A stretch of 26,582 nt of DNA, from NCBI GenBank assembly GCA_963727455.1, contig CAVSGG010000016.1:1-26582 (forward strand). Direction: 5' to 3'. Both the position numbers and the translations under genes were made by a program. This stretch comes from Candidatus Krumholzibacteriota bacterium. Its GTDB lineage: Bacteria > Krumholzibacteriota > Krumholzibacteriia > JAJRXK01. This document shows, one piece after another, positions 1 through 9,302 of this stretch. Below the pieces are notes generated by a model. The model ran no database searches and was not told where the DNA came from. It saw nothing but the letters and a program-made list of their open reading frames with translations. Within the stretch, counting starts at the first letter, position 1. Every line of letters starts with the position of its first letter.

Positions 1-84
1 TGAAACCCGGCTCACTCCGCAGCCCATGGCAAGCTGAAGAGATCTCACTATCCTGGGGAGAGACGAAATGAAAGGACGACGAGC

Positions 85-943
85 ATGAAGATCGCAGTGA
101 CCGGATCCACGGGACATCTTGGCCGATTGGTCATCGCCGCGCTGAACAAGAAAAACTCGAAGAACGAGATCTTTGCCCTGGCCCGCTCCACCGACAAGGC
201 CAAGGACCTAAAGCGAGCGTTCGCAAAGCCGACTACGACGAACCACCAACCCTTGCCCCCGCTCTTGCCGGCATCGACACCCTGCTCCTGGTCTCGGCGA
301 GCGAGATCGGGCAACGCGCGCGGCAGCACCGCAATGTGATCGACGCCGCCAAGAAAGCGGGCGTCAAGCGCATCGTCTACACCAGCCTTCTGCACGCGGA
401 TACTTCCTCTCTCAGTCTGGCTGGTGAGCATCTCGAGACGGAAGCGATGTTGAAGGAGTCGGGGATTCCGCACACGCTCCTGCGCAACGGTTGGTACACC
501 GAGAACTACGCCAGCGCAATCACCGCGGCCGCGCCAATGGAATGCTCGTCGGGAGCGCGGATGACGGAAAGATCTCCTCGGCCGCACGCGCCGACTACGC
601 CGAAGCCGCCGCCGTCGCCGTCCTCGACGACACACACGCGGGAAAGACCTACGAACTCGCCGGAGACGAGTCCTACACCATGCACGAACTCGCGGCCGAG
701 ATTTCCAGGCAGTCGGACAAGGTCATTCCCTACCAGGATCTCCCCCAGGAAGACTATGCCGCCATCCTCATCAAATCGGGATTGCCTGAGGAGATGGCGC
801 AGATCTTCGCGGGATGGGACATCTCGACCGCCGAAGGAGCGCTCTTCGACGACGGCCGCCAGCTCTCGAAGTTGATTGGAAGGCCCACCACGCCGATGGC
901 GAAGAGCGTGGCGCAGATTCTGGCGCATCCGAGCGCTTCCTGA
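85..943 (+). CDS. NmrA-like atypical SDR NAD(P)H:quinone oxidoreductase (QorB/YtfG-like); two apparent frameshifts (~211, ~530)
   Basis: Three frames join into one protein: MKIAVTGSTGHLG (Rossmann motif); VRKADYD..TLLLVSASEIGQRARQHRNVIDAAKKAGVKRIVYTSLLHAD..LRNGWYTENY; then DGKISSAARADYAEAAA..YELAGD..LSKLIGRPTTP. SD AAAGGA upstream. Cannot tell sequencing error from pseudogene. Confidence 0.85.
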
Positions 944-950
944 GCGCGCG

Positions 951-1892
951 CTACTCGACCGGCTCCACCGCCGGCGCCGGCGGCGGAATCGGCTTCGCCC
1001 GCCGCGCGTGCGCCACCCCCAAAATGATCGCCACCGCCACCACGATCACCGCCGCGCCGGCCATCATGCGCGGGGTCAGGTACTCCCCGCCCACGCTCCA
1101 GCCCAGCACCACCGCGATCACCGGATTCACGAAGGCGTAGGTCGACACCGCCGGCGCGCTGCGCACGCTGAGCAACCATATATAGGCCGTCGTCGCGATC
1201 AGCGAACCGACCACCGAGAGATAGAGCAGAGCCATCAGCGACCTGGTAGTGATCTGCGCCAGCTCGACCCGTCCCCACTCCCCGCTCACCGTCCCGGCGA
1301 AGATCAACACCAGTCCGCCCATGAACATCTGCATCGAGACGTACACCAGGGGCGAAGAAGGCCGCGGCACGCGCCGCGACAAGAGCGAACCGATCGACCA
1401 CAAAAACGCCGCCAGCATCAACACGCCCCCGCCCACCGGATCCACTCGCGCCAATTCGTCCCCGCTGGGCGCCATCAACCAGGCCACTCCCCCGAAACCC
1501 AAGAGCAAACCGAAGATGGTCCCTCCGTGCAGGCTCGGTCCGCCGAAGAAGAAGCGATCGAAGAGCGTCATCCACAGCGGAAGGGTCGCGATCATCACCG
1601 CCGCGACCGAGGAGGGCACGGTCTGCTCGGCCCAACTCACCAGTCCGTTGCCGCCGAACATCATGAACGCGCCCAGAATGAGAGCCGAACGCCAGTGCGC
1701 CCAGCTAGGCCGGGGCCCGCCCTTGCGGCGCAACCACAGGTACATGGGCAGACCGGCAATGATGTAGCGCGTCCCCGCCATCAAAAACGGCGGCACCGTC
1801 TCCACGGCATAGCGAATGGCCAGGTAGGTCGAACCCCAGCAGAGGTACACCGCGGCGAACGCCAACACGACGCGCGTGCGAGAGGGTGGCAT
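951..1892 (-). CDS. EamA/DMT-family transporter (YedA-like)
   Basis: About 10 hydrophobic segments; motifs VYLCWGSTYLAIR, GGNGLVSWAEQTVPSSVAAV and VSTYAFVNPVIAV. Confidence 0.92.
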   Translation of the reverse strand: MPPSRTRVVLAFAAVYLCWGSTYLAIRYAVETVPPFLMAGTRYIIAGLPMYLWLRRKGGPRPSWAHWRSALILGAFMMFGGNGLVSWAEQTVPSSVAAVMIATLPLWMTLFDRFFFGGPSLHGGTIFGLLLGFGGVAWLMAPSGDELARVDPVGGGVLMLAAFLWSIGSLLSRRVPRPSSPLVYVSMQMFMGGLVLIFAGTVSGEWGRVELAQITTRSLMALLYLSVVGSLIATTAYIWLLSVRSAPAVSTYAFVNPVIAVVLGWSVGGEYLTPRMMAGAAVIVVAVAIILGVAHARRAKPIPPPAPAVEPVE

Positions 1893-1898
1893 CGAGAA

Positions 1899-2573
1899 CT
1901 ACTCTCCAGAATCCGGGGAATCGCTCGCCCCTGCTCGGGGGGAATGCTTCGCCCCGCGGCGGGGGGCATTGCTCATCGAATCATCCAGCGCACACACCGC
2001 ATAGCGCGCGCGGCGCTCCTTCAACTTGCGCACCGCGCGGTGCACCGAATCGTCCGACTCCAAATCGGCCACTTCGTCAAAAGCAACCCAGCGCGCATCC
2101 AGCGCATCGCTGCCCGCCCGCAGCTCGCCGCCCGGAGCGCGAAACACGAAGCGCAGATCGAAGTGCTCGTGCGCCGGCTCGGCCGGCCGCGCCCCCTTGG
2201 CCTTGCGCGGAGGAATCGCATGCACGTCGACATCCAGCAGTCCCTCGCCCAGACGCACCAGATCCTCGAGCCCCGTTTCCTCGTGCAACTCGCGCCGCAC
2301 CGCTTCCACCACGTCGCCGTCCTCGGGATCCACATGCCCGCCGGGCTGCAACCAGCGTCCCAGCTTCGCATGATGAATGAACAGAATTCGCTCCAGCCGC
2401 GCATCCAGCACGAAGGCGCTGGCCGTGAAGTGACCGGGCGCAAACAGCGTCCGCGCGAAAGGATCGTTCGCATTCTCCAAGAGCTCGCGCATGCGCCGCA
2501 GATGCTCTTGCTCGCGCGCATCTTCGGGCTCGTGCGCGTCGAGCAGCGCGGCTAGATGTTCTCGGCGTGTCAA
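1899..2573 (-). CDS. NUDIX hydrolase
   Basis: Nudix box GGHVDPEDGDVVEAVRRELHEETGL, plus GHFTASAFV and HEHFDLRF. TTG start with AGGAG SD. Ends 6 bp before the EamA gene. Confidence 0.9.
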   Translation of the reverse strand: MTRREHLAALLDAHEPEDAREQEHLRRMRELLENANDPFARTLFAPGHFTASAFVLDARLERILFIHHAKLGRWLQPGGHVDPEDGDVVEAVRRELHEETGLEDLVRLGEGLLDVDVHAIPPRKAKGARPAEPAHEHFDLRFVFRAPGGELRAGSDALDARWVAFDEVADLESDDSVHRAVRKLKERRARYAVCALDDSMSNAPRRGAKHSPRAGASDSPDSGE

Positions 2574-2657
2574 TTCGTCTCCTGACTTCCATTCGCCTCT
2601 GCGCTATCTTCTCCCGACGGGCAATCCCCGCACAAGCGCAGAAAGGAAACTCATCTT

Positions 2658-3071
2658 ATGGCCGTCGAAATTTCCGTGGTCTACGAAGGCGAACTCCACA
2701 CCGAAGCCACCCACGGACCCTCCGCCGTCACTCTCAACACCGATGCGCCGGTCGACAACCGCGGGCGCGGCACTTCCTTCTCCCCCACCGATCTGGTGGC
2801 CACCGCGCTGGGCTGCTGCATGCTCACCCTCATGGGCATCGCCGCCATGGATCGCGAGATCGACATCGCGGGCACCCGCGTGAAGGTCTTCAAGGAGATG
2901 ATCAACGATCCCCATCGCCGCATCAAAAGCCTGCGCAGCATCGTCACCATGCCCCGCGCACTTCCCGAGAAGCAGCGCACCATCCTCGAACGCGCCGCCC
3001 TCACCTGCCCGGTCCACCAGAGCCTGGCCGAAAAGGTCGAGCGCCCGGTGGAGTTCGTCTGGCCACAGTAG
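2658..3071 (+). CDS. OsmC/YhfA-family protein
   Basis: TDAPVDNRGRGTSFSPTDLVATALGCCM and TCPVHQSL carry the family's conserved Cys positions; SD AAAGGA. Confidence 0.92.
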   Translation: MAVEISVVYEGELHTEATHGPSAVTLNTDAPVDNRGRGTSFSPTDLVATALGCCMLTLMGIAAMDREIDIAGTRVKVFKEMINDPHRRIKSLRSIVTMPRALPEKQRTILERAALTCPVHQSLAEKVERPVEFVWPQ

Positions 3072-3132
3072 ATGCACGACGGCGGCGTGGCATCCCGGCG
3101 CGGCAGATGACCGCGCAGGCACGGCAGACGCC

Positions 3133-4389
3133 TTAAACTCTGTCCCTCACCAGCGGCTGACTCAAACAGTGCGGCCCGCCGCGCGCGCGGCTCAATTCGT
3201 GGCTCGGGAGCAGGACGCACTTGCGTCCCCCATCCAAATCCAGCGGATCAGGACTCTCCAACACTTCTTCCGCGGTCAAAATGGCGAAGCCGTGCCGCTC
3301 GAACTCCTCGATCGTGCGCGGATTACGGTCGTACAGGGTGATCACTCCCGGTGCCAGGGCCAGCGCGTTGGCCCCATCGGTCCACTGCTCGCGCTGCTGA
3401 TCCACCGCATCGGTCCCGCCACAGCGAATCGCCTCCAGGTCGAGACCGCGCTCACGAAGCGCACCGAGAAAGCTCGAGCGCGCCGATGGATGCGGATGCT
3501 CCTCGTGCAGGTCGAACTCGTAGACGTGCGTCTCCTCCGAGGCACCGGCCATGATCACCGGCGCGTGCACCAGGCAGGCGTCGCGGTCGATGGGAGTGAA
3601 CACTGTATCCAGATGCATGTAGGCCCGGCTGCGCGGCAGCACCGCCACCACGAGATAGCGCGGTGCGCCCTCCTGCCGCCCCAAGGCCTTCACCAGGCGC
3701 CGGATCCCGGTCTGGTTGGTGCGCTCGGACAGGCCCACCGCCAGTACTTCCTCGCTCAGCACCATCACGTCTCCGCCCTCGTAGTGCGGCCGGTGCAGTC
3801 CCAGAAGCGTGGGGCCGCCGTCCTGGGTCACCAGCGGATCCAGCCACACCCGCGTGTCCTTATAAGTGGGATGAAAGCGGAAGATGGCCGAGCTGAGCAC
3901 CGCCTCGCGCCAGCGCGCCTCGGTGGCCATCGAGGCAAAGAGCACCCCCTCGCCCAGGGCGATCAAGGGGTCGCGCTGAAAGCACCAGTTGGGCGCGGGG
4001 GAGAGTTCGAAGAGCCCGTCGACCGAGAGCGCGGGCAAGCCGCCGGCCAGCCGCGATCCGTAGAGCACCAGCTGCGCCAGCGCCAGCGGATCGTCCTGCG
4101 CGCCGAGCGAGTGATTTTCCAGCACCGCGCGCCGCACCCACTCCCGCGCCTCGGGGTCCTTCAGCGCCTCGGCCAGAAGATCGAAGACCTCGAGCACCTC
4201 GATGCCGGCCTTCTGCAGCACCCGGCGGAAGGTCAGATGCTCCTCGCGCGCCTGATCCCCGTAGAGGATGTCGTCAAAGAGCAGCTCTTCCATCATGGTC
4301 GGCACCATGGTGTCGACCTCGCGGCCGGGCTGATGCATCAGCAGCCGGCGCAGTCGTCCGACTTCGGAATGGACGGATACGGAGGGCAT
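3133..4389 (-). CDS. arcA: Arginine deiminase (amidinotransferase superfamily)
   Basis: Motifs VHSEVGRLR, ELLFDDIL, FQRDP, EGGDV, SERT, MHLDTVF, EQWTDGAN and ELSRARGGPHCLSQPL; catalytic Asp, Glu, His and Cys are all present. Confidence 0.9.
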   Translation of the reverse strand: MPSVSVHSEVGRLRRLLMHQPGREVDTMVPTMMEELLFDDILYGDQAREEHLTFRRVLQKAGIEVLEVFDLLAEALKDPEAREWVRRAVLENHSLGAQDDPLALAQLVLYGSRLAGGLPALSVDGLFELSPAPNWCFQRDPLIALGEGVLFASMATEARWREAVLSSAIFRFHPTYKDTRVWLDPLVTQDGGPTLLGLHRPHYEGGDVMVLSEEVLAVGLSERTNQTGIRRLVKALGRQEGAPRYLVVAVLPRSRAYMHLDTVFTPIDRDACLVHAPVIMAGASEETHVYEFDLHEEHPHPSARSSFLGALRERGLDLEAIRCGGTDAVDQQREQWTDGANALALAPGVITLYDRNPRTIEEFERHGFAILTAEEVLESPDPLDLDGGRKCVLLPSHELSRARGGPHCLSQPLVRDRV

Positions 4390-4480
4390 CGGGCCTGCCT
4401 ACGGTCAGGGGGAACCCGAGCAGAGTACTAGGGATCACGAGTTTTCGCGGGGGGAAATTTCCGCCAGCCGGCGGGCAGCG

Positions 4481-5239
4481 CTAGTGCGCCGCCCCCGGCT
4501 CGTCGAAGACGAAGATGAGATGCCGTCCTTCCACCGTCACGAAGGCGGTCACCGGGAAGGCGGGCGCGCGGTCCGCGCGCCAGTAGGCCCACCAGGCGCG
4601 GCCCTCCTGCGCCGGCACCTCCAGGCGATAGGGCGCCACCGGAGCCACCGTGGACCAGTCGTTGGGGGTCACCCCGCTGCCCTGGGTCTTCCAGGAGGGA
4701 CTGCTCACCGGCGCCTGCACCTCGCCCTTGCCCGTGGAGACCCCGCCCGCGTAGCCCAGGGTGTCTCCGCTGTACTCGGGGCCGTCCAGGCCCAGGTTGT
4801 CGTGCGCGTAGTTCGAGTTCTCCCGCGCGCTCTTGCCGCGCAGTCCGCACAGATCGGCCCCGTGGAAGTCGCTCACCGCTTCCAGCCACTGTCCCTTGGA
4901 ATCGACCATGCGCAGGTCGTCCCGCGAGATCTCCAGTTCCTTGTCCTCCCGGTTGGTCACGATGAGATCAAGACCATAGAAGGAGCCCACGCGGAAGGCG
5001 GCGACGGCCACGTGCAGCGCGTTGTCGCCGGCCACCAGGCCCTCCCGCATCACGGAATCGGGCGCCAGCGCGTCGTAATTCGGCATCTCGGACAGCCGAA
5101 TGCTGTAGTCGCTGGTCACTCCGGGCAGAGACTCGGATTGGCCGCCGGAGGCGGAAGGATCGGTTTGGGCGTTTCGGTTGGCGCTCGCGCAGCCGCAGAA
5201 AAGAAGAGTGAAGGCAATGGCCTTCGAAATGCGTCCCAT
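4481..5239 (-). CDS. Hypothetical lipoprotein with a possible Ig-like beta-sandwich domain
   Basis: Start MGRISKAIAFTLLFCGC (signal peptide with lipobox-like Cys), then an S/G-rich linker and the pattern LIVTNREDKELEI..LRMVDSKGQ..EVPAQEGRAWWAYW. The longer ORF start at 5446 is unlikely. Confidence 0.7.
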   Translation of the reverse strand: MGRISKAIAFTLLFCGCASANRNAQTDPSASGGQSESLPGVTSDYSIRLSEMPNYDALAPDSVMREGLVAGDNALHVAVAAFRVGSFYGLDLIVTNREDKELEISRDDLRMVDSKGQWLEAVSDFHGADLCGLRGKSARENSNYAHDNLGLDGPEYSGDTLGYAGGVSTGKGEVQAPVSSPSWKTQGSGVTPNDWSTVAPVAPYRLEVPAQEGRAWWAYWRADRAPAFPVTAFVTVEGRHLIFVFDEPGAAH

Positions 5240-5294
5240 GGTCAGCTCCCGGGCGGTGTGCTCGCCCCCCGAGGGGGGGATCGCAGCAACTTTT

Positions 5295-5323
5295 TTGCCC
5301 AGAGGATCTTCGGATAGTATCCT
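5295..5323 (+). promoter_or_regulatory. Putative sigma70 promoter upstream of mdh
   Basis: TTGCCC-17 nt-TATCCT, preceded by a T-tract. Confidence 0.45.
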
Positions 5324-5535
5324 GGAGCCGTGAGTCCTCACCATCGCGTGAACGATCGCCCCACGCCCCAAGCTTCCCGATGAGGGAATCGCGGCCGTGT
5401 TGAAACTGGCGATCGACAGCGGGCATGATGCGCCTCGCCGACGCACCGCAGTGCCGCTCCGATGGAAAAACCGCCAGCGACAGGATCTGGCAATCGAAGC
5501 TGAATAGACCCAAGAACCTCAGGCAGGAGCATACC

Positions 5536-6519
5536 ATGGACAGGCCCATGCGCGTAGCGGTAACCGGCGCCGCCGGACAGATCGGCTACAGCCTTCTCCC
5601 CCGCATCGCCGCCGGCGAAATCTTCGGACCCAAGCAGCCGGTGATCCTTCAATGTCTGGAAATCCCCCCCGTGATGAAGGCCCTCGAGGGCGTCGCCATG
5701 GAGCTGGATGACTGCGCATTCCCTCTCTTGCACGACATCGTTCTGGCCGACGACCCCAAAGTCGCCTTCAAGGACGCTGATCTCTGCCTCCTCGTGGGCT
5801 CCAAGCCGCGCGGGAAGGGCATGGAGCGCAAGGATCTCATCCGCGAGAACGGCCCCATCTTCACCTCCCAAGGCGCCGCCATCCAGGCTGTCGCCTCTTC
5901 CAAGGTGCGGGTGGTCGTGGTGGGAAACCCCTGTAACACCAACTGTCTCATCACCATGGCCAACGCGCCGGAGGTGCCGCGCGAGAATTTCACGTCCATG
6001 ACTCAGCTCGACCACAACCGCGCTCAGAGTGCCATCGCCAAGAAGGCGGGCGTGCAGAGCCGCGAGGTCAAGAACGTCATCATCTGGGGCAACCACTCCT
6101 CGACCCAGTACCCCGACTGGCATCATGTCATGGCGGGCGACAAGCCGGCCAAGGAGCTCATCGACGATGCCTGGTTCAAGGAGACCTTCATTCCCATGGT
6201 GCAAAAGCGCGGGGCGGCGATCATCGCAGCGCGCGGCCACTCTTCGGCCGCCAGCGCCGCCAACGCCGCGCTCGAGCACGCTCGCAAGCTTTTCCAGGGC
6301 ACTCCCCAGGACCGTTGGACCTCGATGGCCATCCCCTCCACCGGTGCCTACGGCATTCCCGAAGGCCTGCTCTGCTCGGTGCCCGTCAGCTGTGACGGCA
6401 GCGGCGTGCCCAAGCTGGTGGAAGGCGTGGAGCTGAACGAGTTCAGCAAGGAACGCCTGATGGCTTCGGTAGCGGAGCTCCAAGAAGAACGTGAAACTGT
6501 GGCGGACCTCTTGCCGTAG
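5536..6519 (+). CDS. mdh: Malate dehydrogenase (type 2)
   Basis: [69 protein letters not shown]; SD AGGAG. Confidence 0.97.
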   Translation: MDRPMRVAVTGAAGQIGYSLLPRIAAGEIFGPKQPVILQCLEIPPVMKALEGVAMELDDCAFPLLHDIVLADDPKVAFKDADLCLLVGSKPRGKGMERKDLIRENGPIFTSQGAAIQAVASSKVRVVVVGNPCNTNCLITMANAPEVPRENFTSMTQLDHNRAQSAIAKKAGVQSREVKNVIIWGNHSSTQYPDWHHVMAGDKPAKELIDDAWFKETFIPMVQKRGAAIIAARGHSSAASAANAALEHARKLFQGTPQDRWTSMAIPSTGAYGIPEGLLCSVPVSCDGSGVPKLVEGVELNEFSKERLMASVAELQEERETVADLLP

Positions 6520-6539
6520 GTTGATCCGCCGCTTGCTCG

Positions 6540-6578
6540 CAGGTGGGGGGGCGGATGTTCGCATTTCTCCCCCACCTG
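6540..6578 (+). terminator. Stable hairpin after mdh (terminator or mRNA-stabilising stem)
   Basis: 10-bp inverted repeat CAGGTGGGGG / CCCCCACCTG enclosing an inner ATG-TTCG-CAT stem-loop; only a weak U-tract follows. Confidence 0.5.
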
Positions 6579-6611
6579 ATCTTACCATCTCTCCCGCATG
6601 CGTCCCGACCC

Positions 6612-8156
6612 ATGACCCTATTCGCCACCCTGCTTCTGGCCCTGCTCTTGGCCACCCCACCCTCCTACGCGCAAGAGCACGAGGCCGGCTCGTCGCGCGC
6701 GGACCGTAGCGAGCGTTCCGCGACGCTCTACGGCGGTACGGACAGCTTGCTCGTGGTCATCGAGGGCCCGGCCGATTCCGCGCTCACCCTGAGGCAATGC
6801 GTCGATGAGAGCATGCGGGCCAACGACCAACTGCAAGTCGAACACGAACGTTTGAACGAACTGCACGCCAAGAAAGTGCAGGCCCGCGCCGACGGACTGC
6901 CCAGTCTGGACCTGGTGGGCAACTATTCCCGCGGGCGCGATCCCAGCTTCGCGCTGGATTCCACTTTCGGCGGCGGTGGCAACGGCGGCGGCTTCGGGCC
7001 GGTCAGCACGGGGAACGCCGCCTTCGACTCCCTCTTTACCGAAGCGATGGGTCAGCTCTTTGCCGGCGACAACGGCGGTTTCATCCCCGCCCCGGAGAAC
7101 ATCCCCGCCCAGACCTTCTGGCGCGCCAGCGCGGACCTGAGTTGGGAACTGCACCCCACGCGCGTGATCTATGCCCTGAAGGCGGCGAACATCGCCATCG
7201 AGCAGCAGGAACTCGTCATTCAGGACACCGAGAACCGCACTATCGAGGACACGATGCAGCGCTACTATTCGGTGCTCTCCGCGCAGGCCCAGGTGCGCTC
7301 GCTGCAGGCCGAACTCGACGCCCGGCACGAATTTTTGGACATCTCGCGGCGCCGCTACTTCCTGGGCTTGACCACCGGCCTGGACACTCTGCAGGCGCGG
7401 GTGCGCCTGATGAACCTTGTGCCCCAACTGCGGCGCGCGCAGCAGGACGTCGAGGATGCGGGCGCGCAGCTCAACATCCAGATGGGACGCGACGCGCACA
7501 CCCCGCTGCAAATTCTCGAGGAATTTCAGATCGAAAGCGATCCCGTCGACCTGGATCAAGCGGTGGCACTGGCCCTGAAGCGTCCCGACATCACCAAGTC
7601 CGAGCTGAGCGAGGACTACCTGCACCACGAGCGTGACACCCTCAAGAGCGAGATGCATCCCTATCTGCGCCTCAACGCGGCCTACGGCTACGTCACGCGC
7701 GACCTGAGCGAATTCACCAACCGCGGACACGATTTCTGGAGCACCGGCGTCTCCTTGACCGTTCCCCTCTTCGACGGCTTTCTCACCAAAGGGCGGGTAC
7801 ACGAGCGCGACGCCGCGATACGCCGCACCCAGCATCAGACCAGTGGCCTGCGCAAGGACGCCGAGGCCGAGGTGATTTCCGCGCTGGGTGAGTTGAAGAT
7901 CGCGCGCGCAAACCTGAGCGCGGCCAAGCTCAATCGCGAGCAGGCGGAAGAGGCCCTCACCCAGATGAACCGCCGTTACGAACTCGGCAAGGCGGGCTAC
8001 CTCGATGTCTTGAACGCGCAGGCTGCGCGTTTCACCGCCCGCAGCAACCTCATCCAGGCCTATCACGACGTGCTGGCCTGGACCGCCACGCTCAAACGAG
8101 CCATGGGAGTTCGTCCCACCCGGCCGCTTTCGGAAATCGAGGAGATCCAGCCATGA
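6612..8156 (+). CDS. TolC-family outer-membrane efflux protein
   Basis: Signal peptide, LTLRQCVDESMRAND, two OEP repeats, SLTVPLFDG and RYELGKAGYLDVLNAQ; ATGA overlap with the next gene. Confidence 0.92.
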   Translation: MTLFATLLLALLLATPPSYAQEHEAGSSRADRSERSATLYGGTDSLLVVIEGPADSALTLRQCVDESMRANDQLQVEHERLNELHAKKVQARADGLPSLDLVGNYSRGRDPSFALDSTFGGGGNGGGFGPVSTGNAAFDSLFTEAMGQLFAGDNGGFIPAPENIPAQTFWRASADLSWELHPTRVIYALKAANIAIEQQELVIQDTENRTIEDTMQRYYSVLSAQAQVRSLQAELDARHEFLDISRRRYFLGLTTGLDTLQARVRLMNLVPQLRRAQQDVEDAGAQLNIQMGRDAHTPLQILEEFQIESDPVDLDQAVALALKRPDITKSELSEDYLHHERDTLKSEMHPYLRLNAAYGYVTRDLSEFTNRGHDFWSTGVSLTVPLFDGFLTKGRVHERDAAIRRTQHQTSGLRKDAEAEVISALGELKIARANLSAAKLNREQAEEALTQMNRRYELGKAGYLDVLNAQAARFTARSNLIQAYHDVLAWTATLKRAMGVRPTRPLSEIEEIQP

Positions 8157-9302
8157 AGCGCATCCTGTATCTCGTCACTCTCCTTCTGGCTCTGAGTGCA
8201 TCCGGCTGCGCGCGGAGTGGAGCAAGCGACGAGCAAAACAAGCAGGAGCCGCCGAAGAACGTGCGCGTGCTCGTCCTCACTCGCGGCGATCTGCACGAGT
8301 ACATCAATTTGACCGGTCCTCTGCGTCCGTACGCGCGCCACCGACTTGAGCACCCAGGAGAGCGGCACCGTGCAGTCGATTGCCCACGACAAGGGCAGCG
8401 AAGTGAAAGAAGGCGAGACGATCGTCCTTCTGGACCGCGATCTCCTGGCGGCCCAGCTCGAATCCGCGAAGGCGGACTGCCAGCTGAAAGCTTACAACGA
8501 AGACCGCACGCGTTCGCTCTACGAGGACAACTCGGTGAGCAAGCAGGAGATGCTCTTGGCCCACACACAATTGGCGCAGGCGGAAGCGGCGCGTGACGTG
8601 GCGCGCATTCGTTACGAGCGCTCTGCGATCAAGGCGCCGTATGACGGCATGGTCAGCGATCGCTTCGTCGATCCCGGCGCCCTGGTGATCGTGGGTCAGA
8701 AAGTGGCGCGCCTGGTCGATCCCTACACCCTCAAACTCGAGGGTGGAGTCACCGAAAGGGAGATTAGCTACCTGACGGTGGGAGCACCCGCGCTGATCTC
8801 CTTCGAGGGAAACGAGGCCACGGCGCCGGGCAGAGTGGCGTGGGTTGGACTGGAAGCTTCCCCCGACGCGGGGAAGTTCAAGGTGGAGATTGAAATTGAC
8901 AACTCGCAGCTGCGCTTCCGGCCCGGCGTGGTGGGCAACGCGCGCGTCAACAAGCGCGTGCACCACGACGCCATCGTCATTCCGCGCGATGCGGTGGTTC
9001 ACCATCCCGGCGGTCTCGTCGCTTTCGTGGTGAAGGGAGAGCGCGCCGAGCAACGGGAAGTCACGCTGGGCGCGAGCGAGGGCGCGATGGTCATCGCCCA
9101 GAGCGGCCTGGCGCAAGGCGACACCCTGGTGGTGCGGGGACAGCGCGATCTGGTGAACGGCTCGCGCATTGCCATTCAAGAACGATCCACTCGTCCCGAC
9201 GGCAGCGTGCCCGGTGATCCCGGCGTGGTGCGAGAGAACTCGGTCCAGAACCTGAGGGAATCTCAGGAGGGCCAAGAGCAGCCGCACGGGGCCAGCCGAT
9301 GA
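8153..9302 (+). CDS. RND periplasmic adaptor (MFP), lipoprotein; one apparent frameshift at ~8335
   Basis: N-terminal part has lipobox LSASGC and DLHEYINLTGPLRP. It continues in another frame as ATDLSTQESGTV..KGSEVKEGE..IKAPYDGMV..VDPGALV..SGLAQGDTLVVRG. Confidence 0.9.

Noticed and set aside
1-88. Possible end of an upstream gene (..ETRLTPQPMAS*, stop at 35-37) and a 6-codon ORF MKGRRA overlapping the oxidoreductase start
   Set aside because: Both are too short to support; the mini-ORF is explained by the SD sequence itself.
205-535. Programmed frameshifting or phase variation at the broken genes (also ~8335, ~20320)
   Set aside because: There are no slippery heptamers or long simple repeats at these sites; scattered indels in unrelated genes fit sequencing error better.
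876-2555. 559-aa plus-strand ORF and other long antisense or alternate-frame ORFs (e.g. 3169-4431, 6618-8066, 10642-12126, 13518-14774)
   Set aside because: They are R/H/A-rich shadows of well-supported genes, as expected in high-GC DNA, and carry no recognisable motifs.
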